A stretch of DNA of 16,722 nucleotides from a candidate division WOR-3 bacterium (GTDB lineage: Bacteria; Hydrothermota; Hydrothermia; B15-G9; WFZT01): the NCBI GenBank assembly GCA_027053075.1, contig JALUEE010000035.1, positions 1-16,722 on the forward strand, given 5' to 3'. Of this stretch, positions 16,277-16,722 are shown piece after piece (within the stretch, counting starts at the first letter, position 1; each line of letters starts with the position of its first letter). The position numbers and the translations under genes were made by a program. The notes under the pieces were generated by a model that was given only the letters and a program-made list of their open reading frames with translations, was not told where the DNA came from and did no database searches.

Positions 16277-16517
16277 GAGACTGTTCGAAAATGTTCCCCT
16301 GGTTATTTTGTAGCTGTGAATAGATTGACCAGAAAAGTGAGGTCAAACAAGTTTCTTTAAGCATGTTAAGTAGCAAACTCCCTCCCTTCCGCTGGAAGGG
16401 AGGGTTGGGGTGGAATGGATAAATTTAGTGCTATGTTCTGGAATATCGATCCATTAGATATTCTAAAGATTGTAAATCTTACCCCATTCTCCCCTGACTC
16501 CTCCTTCCTCAAGGAAG
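16277..16517. mobile_element. Second copy of the MITE-like element (left TIR + subfamily C doublet), right part truncated or replaced
   Basis: GAGACTGTTCGAAAA at 16277-16291; colinear similarity to about 12371-12650, including TAAGTAGCAAA(A)CTCCCTCCCTTCC..GGAAGGGAGG..TTGGGGTGGAATGGA and CTTACCCCATTCTCCCCTGAC. Confidence 0.75.
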
Positions 16518-16524
16518 ATAACAA

Positions 16525-16634
16525 TAATATTTGTCAAGATTGATAATAACAGTGTCATAAAATCTGATATTACTGATATCGTAAAATATTTTTAACACTG
16601 CTTTCCATTGCCTTTGTGATTTTTGACAATATTA
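16525..16634. repeat. AT-rich nested imperfect palindrome
   Basis: TAATATTTGTCAA (16525-16537) / TTGACAATATTA (16623-16634); CAGTGTCATAAAAT (16550-16563) / ATTTTTAACACTG (16588-16600); GATAT/ATATC core. Confidence 0.55.
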
Positions 16635-16722
16635 CCCCCCTTTTAAACTGCTAAACTGCTGGACAAAACCTTAATTTTTTCCTCTTTCTGCCTGCCTAAA
16701 ATATGTTTACATCTGTTTCACT

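Noticed and set aside
16325..16346. Inverted repeat TTGACC-N10-GGTCAA as a regulator site
   Set aside because: Only 6 bp and not conserved in the homologous copy near 12420-12445.
16644..16660. Short tandem duplication TAAACTGC x2 (also AGATTTCA x2 at 442-457)
   Set aside because: Two-copy 8-mers are consistent with slippage or chance.

Overview
Bacterial chromosomal window from a diderm organism (lpxB present). The PorV-like beta-barrel, bifunctional PGI/PMI and Thermus-like V/A-ATPase subunit B suggest an FCB-associated, possibly thermophilic lineage such as WOR-3 (inference only). Coding content is mostly housekeeping and envelope: the 3' end of an RND efflux permease; an operon of SdhE-like ORF, lpxB, PGI/PMI, NDP-sugar pyrophosphorylase and maf; pspC plus a lipoprotein (-); a macrodomain gene; a minus-strand operon of V-ATPase B, PorV-like barrel, CTP-dependent isoprenoid/lipid kinase, TPR-parvulin, cold-shock-like protein and tgt; and nfeD, an lpoB-like gene and a COG3014-like gene. 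The most unusual content is non-coding. All four long intergenic gaps (420-909, 6394-6868, 12301-13161, 16273-16722) hold several subfamilies of purine/pyrimidine hairpin + G-tail repeats (BoxC/REP-like, some matching G-quadruplex and triplex patterns). One block (12371-12741) is a non-autonomous MITE-like element with 15-bp terminal inverted repeats and a perfect 9-bp target-site duplication. It carries an inverted pair of these hairpins as cargo, and a second copy starts at 16277. Also notable: a lone V-ATPase B gene with its own promoter, a divergent SdhE-like protein, two probable leaderless transcripts, and interdigitated divergent promoters.
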